Assembly (NCBI RefSeq): GCF_008831285.2
Contig: NC_045138.2
Span: forward strand, 36,394,001 to 36,458,000
Length of the DNA stretch: 64,000 bases
DNA from: Nymphaea colorata
Taxonomy: Eukaryota
Direction of reading: 5' to 3'
Shown here: positions 40,236 to 52,300 of the stretch, in pieces
Layout: each line of letters opens with the position of its first letter
Position numbering within the stretch: position 1 is the first letter of the stretch
Notes under the pieces: generated by a model
The model's database searches: none
What the model saw: the letters and a program-made list of their open reading frames with translations, nothing else
What the model was told of the DNA's origin: nothing
Translations under genes and position numbers: made by a program

Positions 40236-41789
40236 AAGAATACAAAAAATAAGTGAGACTGGTATGAACAATTGTTTAGAGTGATCCAAATGAGCCGTCA
40301 AAATTTTTTTCAAGAGCCCACCAAACAGTTCAGTCTCGAATTCTGGTGAAATTAAATTGAACTTGAATCTAAAAAATACATTACATAAATAAATTTTTTT
40401 AATTTTTTTAATATATATTTTTTTCAATTAATTAGCCTTCTGGGCCTCTGGCCCTGCAAATGACTTAGTGTGAAAAAAAAAATTAGGGGACTGATGTTAG
40501 CAATTGCCTCCATTGACTTACGTGTGGCTCCACCGAATCTTTCTATAAGATGCTTAGCAATAGGAAGAAGTTATTATTCCATAAATTTGTTCCCAAAAAT
40601 ATAGTTTGCCCCCAATCAAAAAACCCACGAATGGCGGAGACGCAACTTGTTGGCCTTGTTTCTGGCCACCTTTAACATGTCAGTCCTCCTTTTTAAGGCC
40701 ATAACTTTGGAATCTTGTGAAAATTTAGCCCACAACTGTGAAATGAAACCCACAATATCTCTGCGAGGAAAGCTTCTAAAGTTTTTGCCCTTGTTATTTA
40801 GTTAGCATAGAGTTTGAAAGGTTGGAAGGTTTAATATATTAAGCAAATGTTTAGTGTTTGAAAAAAGAAAAGGAGAAGGATAAAATATCCCAACTCGAGT
40901 CGGATAGATATATCTATAGGACCCTACCTAGCTACTCTTGGGTTAGATAAGCACTCGTTTTGTACCACTGCTGCTCATATCGACAGTCTGGTTGTGGGAA
41001 TATTTTTCTGCAAAAACACGACTAAACAGCAACCTTTCAATTTTATTTATTTTTTTTCATTCACAGCCACCTGAACCTCACGTACGTTTACAACGTGTAT
41101 GTCAGAAAGTGAGGACGGTGGATTATAATTCCGTTTGATCTCCCATCAGCAGAGGTTATATGAAGCTGTTTGTTATTTTTATAATTTAAAAAATGTACAA
41201 TCTTAATATATATATATATATAAATAAGAAAAAAAACCGTCGAAAAAGAAGCGTCAATGTCACATGGACACACTACTGCAAATTGAGCTGATTAGTCAGA
41301 GCATCTGCAGTGGGCGTCCAACACTTCTGCATTTTCATCATACATCTTTTAAGAAGGGCCTTCAATTTCTCTTGGCAACTTGGCTCTGTCAAACTGTCGA
41401 GGCATTCAACTGGATTGCCAGGTTGGATATATATGATGTGATGTGAACAGATTCGAGTGTATGACAAAGAAATTTGAAAGGACTGATGTCAATAGTTGCC
41501 CACAGTGACCCAAGGCTCCACCATAATTTTTAAAAGATGTTTAGCAATGGAAAGATGTTACTATTGTATAAATCTGTTTTAAAAATTGAGTTTATCCTCA
41601 ATTTTGGTGGCCAAGTAAAGTTCAAAGAACCCACGTATGGCCGGGAAACCAACTTGTTTTTCGCCACCTTTCACATGTCAGTCCTCCTTTTTATGGCCAT
41701 AACATTTCAATTCAACTGTGTGAAAGTTTAGTCCGCAACTGTGAAATGAAACCCACAATATCTCTCGGCAGAGGAAAGCTTTTAGAGCT

Positions 41790-42150
41790 CGAAGACCTCG
41801 GTCATTGTTTCATGGTCAATTTAAAAATTGTTAATAAAGAAAAAAAAAAAACTGCCGCCACTTACTTTAAAGGTTTGATGAAAACTCTCTGCAAACTAAA
41901 CTGAACCGCCAATACGACCCATCTTGTCCCGAGGGGATGGAGACACTGGAAACGGTGACGGAGAAGGATGGCCGGCTTCGTGGCCCCCTTATCTTGGAAA
42001 AACAGGCACCAGCTAGCTCTTCTTCTCAAGCGGTGAGCCACGCGACTCATTTCCTGCAGGCCACGCCAGTTCACTGGTCAAGGCCCGCAGCGTGGTGGGT
42101 ACTGACGGCCAGCGGAAAGCAAGCAAGCGGGGGATAATGGCAAAGGTCGA
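41790..42150 (+). repeat. Second copy of the sequence upstream of the UGT pseudogene (27340-27690), without UGT coding sequence
   Basis: Shared GACCTCGGTCATTGT, TTTGATGAAAACTC, ATGGAGACACTGGAAACG, CCGGCTTCG.GGCCCCCTTATCTTG, CTCATTTCCTGCAGG and GAAAGCAAGC. Confidence 0.85.
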
Positions 42151-44737
42151 CCGTCAGCCCTCCGCATAGCCCTCCAGCTTTTTTCCGTTTTAAAAAATAA
42201 TTGTAATTTAAGGCTACAATTTGGTTATTTGGACGTCCGTGTGAATATTTCTGTGTTGAGAGAGAAGCGATTGTTTGAGAAATAGAGGAAAAAAAGTTAA
42301 GCGCATGCAGTGCACCATGATTCGCTCGTTCGCCCGCCAGCCTCTCATAAATTTTTTCTACTCCATTTCCCATAATGGAAGGCCCACAGAGCCGACCCAG
42401 TAGATCTAAATCCAAAACACTAGCCGCAAATCCAAGTTCAAACTGGATCCAAATCAAGTCCCATTCTTTTGGTTAATCTGGATTCGGAGATTACCTGATG
42501 TTATTACTGTATCCAACAAAAAACTTACCACGGACATACATTCTACATAGAGAAGCTGCATTCAGAATCAACTATTCAACTACGCCGATTTTGTAAGATG
42601 CGAAGTAGCCCCAAGGGAAACAAAATTCCAGCAAACGATCCGAACACATCCCCAGCACCCATGTATTTTCTTAATGACCCCCAACTCCACAAATCACGTA
42701 TCTAATTATACGTAATTTTTGTGAGTGTAACAAGGAGAATAAAGATATAACTGAACTTGGTAATTTGGCATATGGTAGCTACGAGACTATGCTCATGCTG
42801 CACAACGGAAACGGTCCAACTTCGAGGACAAACAATCTCAAATCTAAAACCAAATCCTGCAAGTTCCAAAACTTTGCAGATTTCTTAACGCTCCAAGATA
42901 AGAGGTAGACAAGCAAGGTAACCCTCCACTAAGTGAGCAACCTAGACTTGACCTCACCGAACAGAAGGCCGTAAAAGGAGTCGAATTCATTCCTCATACA
43001 TTGCACAAACAAAGAAAAGAGATGTCACCACAAGGATTTGCCAGGAACAGGCAGACACGGACACGCCACTCATCAAGGATCAGGAAGATGGAATCTCCTC
43101 TCATACGACACAAAGCGAATAGCCTTCTGATTCGACAGTATCAAAAGGAGCAAGCGAAAGGAACAGGATATGCTGCGACAACATTATCCTGGCAGAATAA
43201 TGACCAAATAACGACAGAATGGTAGCGTATATTCAGTGGCAAAATCTTGGATGGCTTCACATATCAGAAAAAAAAAACACTACAAACTGATTTTCAGCAA
43301 AAATGTGGCAAAAGATCCACATGAAAGCAGATCTTTAGACATCCAAGCGCTTAATAGATTGAGACTCGAAATCGAAGTGGAGGATGGATGTTATTTGGGG
43401 AAACCAAGTTCCTAGAACAAAAGCGCAGAAAACCACCTTTCTCAAATCAAATTCAGAGCATGAACAAGTTCCTATTGCTGGTTGAAGACAAGGAATTAAC
43501 CCCCCTTCTCAGATACTTGCACAGATGAGCCACTTCCAGGCTTACCAACAAGATCTATCTTTCCTCTTCCAGAGTTAGAAAAAAAATGTCTCTCCACCTA
43601 ATATCACCAACACAAAATACGGTTTCCTTCCCACAAAATTACCCCCCCACCCAAAAAAAAAACACACACACACACCAAACCCAAAAAAAAAAAAAAAGAA
43701 GAAAGGAGCCTTTTCAGAAAAAAAAAAAAAGAAAACGAAATAAGATGCAGACTGTGATAAAAAAGAGACTACAAACTTGACAGGAATTAGCGGGTAAGAT
43801 ACTTCGAAGGAAGAGAGAATGTACAGACCAAGCGAAAGCAGATAAAATGATCATCAACAAGAAGAACAACCTTATTCAAATTCAATTGCACGCCCCCGGC
43901 TTGAGCCTATAGTAAGCGACATTACATGCAAGGAAAAGCAAAACCCAGTATATCACCATTTAGAACATCACAAATGATTCTTAAGCGTAGATAATCTCGT
44001 CAAAGAACACTCATACCAAACATCACATCAGTGAACACATTAAATCATCGTAAGATACATTCGACTGATCAATGCTAGACTCGAACCAAGAAATACAAAA
44101 AGGGATAGATTTCCCCTCAACTACCCCATATGAGTTCCAACCTAAACTACTTGTCGCCACAGGAAAGTCCTAGCCTCAAAATCCCAATTGTCCAGAAACA
44201 CGATCATCCAATTCCAACCAACAGAACAGAGAAGACTAATCTCGGAACCGCCCCAATAAACCCAAACCAGAAACATCATGATAACACACAAAAAAATTGG
44301 ACTACAAAATCCACGAGAAAACCCTAATTTCACCAGCAAACAAAATCAATTCCAACCACTACGAGGATACTGCATCCAAACTAATGATTAACGGCCCATG
44401 GACAAGCAATCGAAACGCCGAACCTGATGAGTAAAACCCTTGAAACAACAAAGCAAAAGAAAGGCCAAAGCAATGTAGAACCCTAATTTCCTTCATCAAT
44501 TAATATCCAATCCTACAAGAACAAGGTCCCGTATTAGCACGAAACCCTAGAAAAGACAAAGAGGATACAAAAGCCTCTATTTCCAGGAGTTCCTAACTTC
44601 CATATACAAGCACATAGTCCGACCCAATTCAAGAAAATCCCTAACAGGGGACACCCATAAGGAGGAAGAAGGGGAAAAAGCAGAGGTGTGGGTAAAACCA
44701 ACTAATTCCGGTTGCCGTTATGGTCGATCGGGAGGAC

Positions 44738-45109
44738 CTACTTGTCCTTGGAGATGCCGTACTTCTCCTGCATGCGCGCGAGCTCGTCCTCCTTCTTCTT
44801 CTGGTCGACCTTCTTGGTCATCTTGGCCTGCTGGTAGTAGAGGACAATGAGGTAGCGATTGGCGACGTTGAAGCCGGAGAGGTGGTCGACGGCCGTCTTG
44901 GCGTCGTAGATGTCCTCGTAGACGACGAAGGCCGTCCCCCTCGTCTCCTTGCTGGTGCCCACCCGGATCTGCCGGATGGCCCCGTACTTGCCGAAGATGT
45001 CGTACATCTCCTCGCTCGAGATGTTGAAGGGCAAGTTCCTCACGTACAGCACCCTGTTCACCTCCGGCGGCAGCCGAGTGTTCCCCTTCCGCAAGCTGAT
45101 CGTCGCCAT
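44738..45109 (-). CDS. SF3B6: Splicing factor 3B subunit 6 (p14, branch-site RRM protein), 123 aa, intronless CDS
   Basis: [51 protein letters not shown]...[37 protein letters not shown] is the characteristic p14 sequence. Confidence 0.97.
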   Translation of the reverse strand: MATISLRKGNTRLPPEVNRVLYVRNLPFNISSEEMYDIFGKYGAIRQIRVGTSKETRGTAFVVYEDIYDAKTAVDHLSGFNVANRYLIVLYYQQAKMTKKVDQKKKEDELARMQEKYGISKDK

Positions 45110-46824
45110 CTCTCCCTCCCTCTCGCCTTCTCACCTTCTCCGACCTCGGTTTCTAAAATGTTAATAGGGGTTAGGACAAAAGTAGGACGCGGCCGAACTC
45201 TGGTCCGTGATCTTGGTTCTCACTGGAGGAAGGATTTAGGTCGGTTACTCCGTTATACGAACTCGCAGTACTTTACAGGGACACGTGAACATGACACGAT
45301 TCACGAATAATATTTATAAGAGGGGGAGAAGATAAATTGTATAGGCAAGTGGTGTGCCATTTTTTTTTTATTTTCATAAGGTCAAAGTCACGCCCTTCTT
45401 TTTAGGACTAAAGTCATTTCGAAGTTTGAATTTTCTTATAATACATCTTTATCTTGTAGATACCATCATTTACAGTTTAAATAAATAGTCCTTATGATAA
45501 TCTAATTAAATAGTATCTATAAGAATCGAACTGTACAAGGTTTATAAAAACTCTAAACCAATCAATTATACCACACCCTTTAAAACAAGCGATATATGAT
45601 TTAGATTATTACCTAATGATCGCAACATAACGTTTGTGCTATGTTATAGGAATACTTTCATTTTGACCGGCTCGTGTTGTATAATCCCGTACATGAAACC
45701 ATATTTTGAACTTCGTGAAGATTGTGGTATGTACGCTAATTATATAATACCCCCAAAGTTTGAATAATACCAATCTATTTTCCTGTGTCGACTAAATTAT
45801 GTTAAGTTTCGAAAAGTGAATGTCCATCATTGGATGAATCGATTGGACACCCTACTTTTGAGATAGGAGAACCGGTTATGGCGGATCCGGCAATATGGTG
45901 TTTAACCAACACAGCAGAAAAGCTAAACAAGGTTAACGTGGCTTCATATCGACGCATATTGGCCAATTTGTATCGTAAGTCGTACAAGTTTATATCTTTT
46001 TGAATTGTATGGCTCAAAATTCAAATATTTTGTCTTATTTTTATATTTGAAAATCAAAACAAGGTGACATGAACTGCTACGTAATTATCATAGTGATCGA
46101 TATTGAGCAAGCCAATATGACACCAGTGCCGATTTTTACGACGTTACACCTCTAGTTAAGGGGCCATTGCTTGTTCATCTCTTTCTTTCTCGTAGCTAAC
46201 GGGATCTAGCGACTCCATACCATTCCAAATGGGTCTTTCCAATTGCCTTCGTAATAATGTAATATAAACGACGCCAATATAGAAATAGGAACTGGTTTAA
46301 AGGAAATGATATCTAATAATGTATGAGCAGGGTTGATTTTAGAGGTGGAGATACCGAGGTTGAGGTCCAATCTGAAACTTCAATTTATATGTTGGATCTA
46401 TGTATTTCTAAGCAGGAACGAAACCAAGGGGGTGCCGGCAGGAGCCCTGAGCACAACCGAGTCTCGTGTTGTTGTTGGCTGACATACTGCATTTTACTTT
46501 CAATTAATAAGTACTTTTCAACCGCACCATATCTGATTAGGTTCGGGTATTATTGGGGCCCTGACTCCCGAAAAACCAGACCTCTCTCTCTCTCTCTCTC
46601 TCTCTCTCTAACCGAACCGCCAACCGCCAGGTTTGCTTGAGAACGTCGGGTTCTCCTCTTCCATGAGCGCTGTCGATTGGGAACCACCCAATCTTCTGGC
46701 GGACCGCCGCTCGCTCCCCCAAAAACAGACCCTTTCTGTTCGTCTTCCTTTTTAACCCTCTCCTCAACGTCCTCCAACTTGCCATCTCCCATTGCCAGCC
46801 TGCACGCCCATTCTTTCCCAGGAC

Positions 46825-48263
46825 ATGGATCAGAGAATGGAGGTACAGAGCACCCCTCTTTCTCTCTGTCCCTCTCCCCCCGTACCAACTATGATTCATC
46901 AAAATGTGAGCAAGGGGTTACCATGTTCATGGCTGAAGATGACCAATTTATGTTTTATGATTTGTTCTGATAGATACTTGGCGCATCTTGCTTTAGTAGT
47001 AACGCTGCCAACCTTGTTGCCTAAACCGTGGTCATTGTGGATGCGCTAAACGTGAAACAGCGATCAATTCAGAAGATTTGTTCTTTGTGTTATTAGCAAG
47101 ATAGTGGCAGTTCTTCCTCGTTCTCTTTTGTACCTAAATGTTGTCTACCTGTGATTCTGCAGGACAAGCCGTGGATGGCTGTTCCGCAGTTCGGCGGGTG
47201 GGATCAGAAGTCGGGCTCGCCGGATTACTCGATGGTCTTCTCGCGGGCGAGGGCAAACCGCAAGCAGGTGAAGACCACCATCAACAGGGCAAGCCTCGGC
47301 ACTGAAGAGGAACTCAAGGCGCTGCAGCAGCGTGATGGTGACCACCATCAGCCGGTAGTTTTCTATTACCCTCTTCTGTTTTATCGTCTCTTACGTTTTA
47401 CAACTGCTTCTGAATTGATCGCTATTTCATGGTCTAAATTTTATAAGCACACACACACACGCTGCCACTATACCAACCCCACACATGCCAAATACAAGCC
47501 AAGACAATTGGATCTTCTTCAACATGAGAAGTTACTGGCCATAGCTGAACTACTGAGACTTAGTCGGATAATATCCGGTGGCCTCCACCTGTAGTTTGGG
47601 AGGGAGGAAGGGGGTACAGGCCTCCCAATCCAACCAATCGACCTCCAAAAGTGACGGATGACTGGTTAACTCTTAATATTTAAGGAAATTTAGAAGAGCA
47701 TATGAATTATCCTATTGTTGGAATTCCACGGTGTACATCAAAATCTGATGAAAAAAGCAAAGATGTTTATGAGCTTTGAAAAGCATACCAATTTAAGAAT
47801 GTAGATTTTTAAAAACCTTATACTTACATGGATACATGAGCTTACCTCAAAAATATCTAGTCCCACGTCAAAAATCATGTAAAACAAATAGCTAATTCAT
47901 ATAAAGACGAGCATTTCACATATAGCATTTCATATAATTGTAGCATGTAGGCTGAACTTGGACAATTAGAACTTCAAAAGGGAAAGAGAGTCACCACGGT
48001 TTGCACCACAAACTTTTATGAAGAACCAATGACCAGTCATAATTTTGAGGAAATAATCACCTATTTGTGTGTTTTAGTGTGCCTTTATATTTTTAGTTTT
48101 GGATGTGATGAGCAGGCAAATGCAAATCAACAGTCATTTTATAGATATACTTTTAGTTAAGGACTTGATGTGGATAACTGAAATATTAATTTAGCTCCTA
48201 AGGTTCCTTGTTCACTTGCAGAGAAAGAAGATATTCACGTATTTATGCTGCATGAGGGCATAA
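46825..48263 (+). CDS. Small RIN4/NOI-family (AvrRpt-cleavage domain) protein, 83 aa, 3 exons
   Basis: Exons 46825-46842 (MDQRME), 47163-47354 and 48222-48263 (RKKIFTYLCCMRA*), with phase-0 GT-AG introns. It has VPQFGGW (VPxFGxW AvrRpt2 site), DYSMVFSRARANRK and a basic C-terminal di-Cys. Confidence 0.8.
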
Positions 48264-49354
48264 ACATACTGGACTCTCTCAGTTATTTAGTCATACTTGA
48301 TCCATGTCATGCGAAAGATGTTGAAAAATACTTTTCAATCATCAGATTCAGGCAACTCAGCATAAGAGGTGGCAGCTTTTTGCAGCAAAACAGTGCATTG
48401 TTTCTGGAATTTAGAACTTACATATGAATGACTTCTGCTGAATTTTCTTTTGGATCATGTATATGATGTATCAAACTAAGAAACAATCAATGCATATGCT
48501 GTTCCTGTATATACTAACACCATGGTTTGAGCAAATAAGCAGGAAATACTAAGAACAGCTGCACCAATCAACCAAAAAGGTTCTGTTTAGCCTCATTCAA
48601 GCTAGACTGTGCATTGTTTCAGTAATTTATAACTAAGCATATATATGAGGCACAGCTGTTCATGCCTCTTTTGGATTACTTATCTGACACACCAAACTAT
48701 ATAAAGATAAAAAGAGCTAATGCATATCTTATTCCTCGCTCCCATATTCACTAAGATGCAGGGTCTGAGCAGTAGAAACATGCCACAGTTCTAGTAACTA
48801 CACCAGTCTACAACGTTCTCCTTTAAAAGAAATGCTATTCCAATTTGAATTGCGACCCATGGCAAGATTACCGCAATGAAAGCTTCAACAATGTTTCAAT
48901 ATTTTCTTTTACCTTCTACTGATCAGGAGCATTGGTTGAAGCTAAGCCACTTCGTTTGATGAAGTAATATCAGTGATGACTTCAACGATAAAAAAATGGC
49001 AAGGTATTTCAAATAATATACCTACATTTTCTGGATTTCCTTCACTCTGATCTTGGACAAGCCATCTCAACCAAAAAATATGCCCGCTTTAGCATTCCAT
49101 GAAAGATGGGTTTTATTCATCAAGCAAGCACCATATATATCTATAGATTTTATACATACCTATAGTTTCTCTTGCCTAAGAAACATTTGAAACTTTGGGT
49201 TTGCTATACAAGTGGACAAACCTGTCAACCAAATCTCACGTGCTGGGAAGCATCTCCCAGATAGTGAGACTTCTGAAACTTTTAGACAGAAAAAACAAGA
49301 CATTCTAGAATTTCTGTTGGTTTACATCAAGCATAGGTTATTCTTTTGAAATGA

Positions 49355-52300
49355 TCATGTGGATGATGAGCTCTTACGCTGCTTAACAGGAGAACGAAGA
49401 GACGAAAGATATGCTAAATCTGCTTTTCTGTTGCCGTCGAATAGATAGCCAAAAGGAGCCATTGGTATATACCTCCCAGAACCAGGTTCGACCTTCAATT
49501 CACCATTCTCCCAAACAACCTTTCCTCTTGAAATTGTAACTTCAATTTTCCCCTACCCAAAAAAAAGTTCAAAAAGATTCAATTTAAGATGATATCTAAC
49601 CATGAAGTTTTTTTTTAAAAAAACACCAATATATACAATGATATTTGAACATTTGATAGCACTAGTATATACCTTGCCTTGCATGCCTTCATAAACATTT
49701 GTGTCAGATTTAGAGTGATGAGTCTGTGCAGATATCTTAAAACTTGAATTTGGGTTCAAAATGATTAAATCTGCATCTGATCCAACCATAATTGCTCCTT
49801 TTCTGGGGTAGATATTGAATATCTGAGCACTGAAACAGTTCCAAATATATCAAATGCACTTGGTCGTATATGTTCTTCAATAATCAAGACCACACCTAGC
49901 ATAAGATACAGAATATTTCAAAAACATGGCCAGTCATTAAAGTTGCAGAACTGAGAAACAACTAAGCATCCATGTGTTTTGTGGAACCAAATCCACAGCA
50001 AGATAGACATCTTAAAGGATTTCGTGTATTTAGTGATTACAACATGGAGAATACTTCACAGAATAATGACACAATACACATTCTCACTATATGTGGCTTA
50101 AAAAAAACATATTAAATAAATTATTTCTATTTATTATATTTCTTTGACACTAGCAGACCTCTGTAAACTTCCTAATTTTCCACTCGTTAGACTACCCAGG
50201 ATTTCTCCTTGAAAATAAATAATTATAAATATGTGGTTTCTTCTATATAGAGTAAGAAGGAAAATACTGAAATTTCTGAATTGGAGCAAACCAATCAGCC
50301 ACTTTTGTTTTCTCCAAGGCATAAAAACTCGAGCTCCAAAAAATACGCTTTTGTTCATATATGGTACAGGACCCTAGTCCACCAGACAAAAATCTTTGTT
50401 GATAAGAGCTATTACAAGTTCCCCTTTGAAACTAGCAAATCGAGATGGAGAGTTTGATAGGCTCAGATTTCACCTTAGGAAAGAAAGGCATCATTAGCTA
50501 TGTTTACCTATGAAGGGCTAAGATGCAGGGGGTGAAAGGCTAGGCCAAACCGCTAACAGCTTAAAGGGTTGATCATTGAGCCCTTTTGAGATGGTCCATC
50601 ATATTTGCCCAACATGCACATGTGTCTCGTGTGCATGCATATTTCATGTGTGCATATGTATTGTAGAAATACGAACAAGAAGAAGACGAAGAGAAACAAT
50701 GATCACGATGTAACGTGGAAAACCCTCAACACGAGGGAGAAAAAACCACGAATGAGGAGGAGTTGGTGCCCACTAGCAGCCAGACTCTCTCTCTCTTAAG
50801 ATTATTATTAACTCTTAAGGATTAGGGTTACATGACTTAAGTAGAGCCCAAAACGGGCTACAAGGCGGGTCGGGTATGGATCCGGACCCGAAACCCACAA
50901 TCTATGAACACTCCCCCTCAAGTTGGGCGTACATATCAAACATGCCCAACTTGGATACATTCCTCTCAAATGAAGCTGAAGGAAGAGCTTTCGTCAGAAC
51001 ATCAGCAGTTTGGTCTTCAGACTTCATGTAAGGTACGATCAACTCTTTCGCATCAATCCTTTCCCGAATGAAGTGACGATTAATTTCAACATGTTTTGTT
51101 CTGTCGTGAAGAACAGGATTGTTGGCTAAGTTGATTGCAGACTTGTTATCACAATACATCTTCATAGGTCCTTCAATCCCTATTCCAATGTCAGTCAACA
51201 ATATCTTCAACCATAATAACTCTGACACTCCCATAGCAACTGCCCTATATTCTGCCTCTGCACTGGATCTAGAGCAAACATCCTGTCTCTTGCTCCTCCA
51301 TACAACAAGGTTTCCTCCCAAGTAGACACAGTACCCTGTAGTGGATCGTCTGGTATCACCACAACCTGCCCAATCCGCATCAGAATAGCCCTCGATTTCC
51401 ACAGTCTCTTGTTTCACATACAGGAGTCTCTTACCAGGATTTTTCTTCAGGTAGCATAGCACTCTGTCCACAGCCTTCAGATGTGCATCGGTTGGCGCAT
51501 GCATGAATTGGCTCAAAACATTCACCGCAAAGGTGATATCAGGTCTCGTGAGGGTAAGATAAATTAGCTTCCCAACCAAACGTTGATATCTTCCCTTGTC
51601 TTCTTCACAGAGAGGCTCTCCATCTCTAAGACTCAACTTGTGCCCAGTGTCAAAAGGGGTAGGAGTAGGTCTACATCCCAATTTCCCAGTTTCTTCCAGC
51701 AGATCTAATGTATATTTCCTTTGGTTTAGTACAAGACCAGTACTAAACCTAGCAACCTCCATACCAAGAAAATACCTTAGTTTGCCAAGATCTTTGAGGT
51801 CGAATTCTGTAGCCAGTAACCCTTTTAGCTTGATAATCTCCTCCTCATCATCTCCAGTAACAATCATGTCATCTACGTAGACGAGCAGGAGAGTAACCTT
51901 GCTCTCCTTCTTCTTCACAAACAGAGTGTGATCTCCATTTCCTTGTTTGTATCCATGACGTATCATCACTCTTCTCAGTCGTTCAAACCACGCTCTGGGC
52001 GATTGCTTAAGGCCATACAATGCCTTTTTCAGCTTACAACACATTTCTGGTTCTTCATATCCTGGAGGCATATGCATATATACTTCTTCTTCGAAGTCAC
52101 CATTGAGGAATGCATTTTTAACATCCAGTTGATACATCTTCCACTCCTTCATCACAGCTAGGGATATAACCACCCTCACAGTCTTCATTTTCGCAACAGG
52201 AGCAAAGGTTTCCAAGTAATCAATTCCATATTTCTGGCTAAACCCCTTGGCCACAAGTCGAGCTTTATATCTTTCAACACTCCCATCTGGTTTGTACTTG

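Noticed and set aside
44718..45310. 196-aa plus-strand and 138-aa alternative-frame ORFs at SF3B6
   Set aside because: These are shadow ORFs of the GC-rich SF3B6 CDS.
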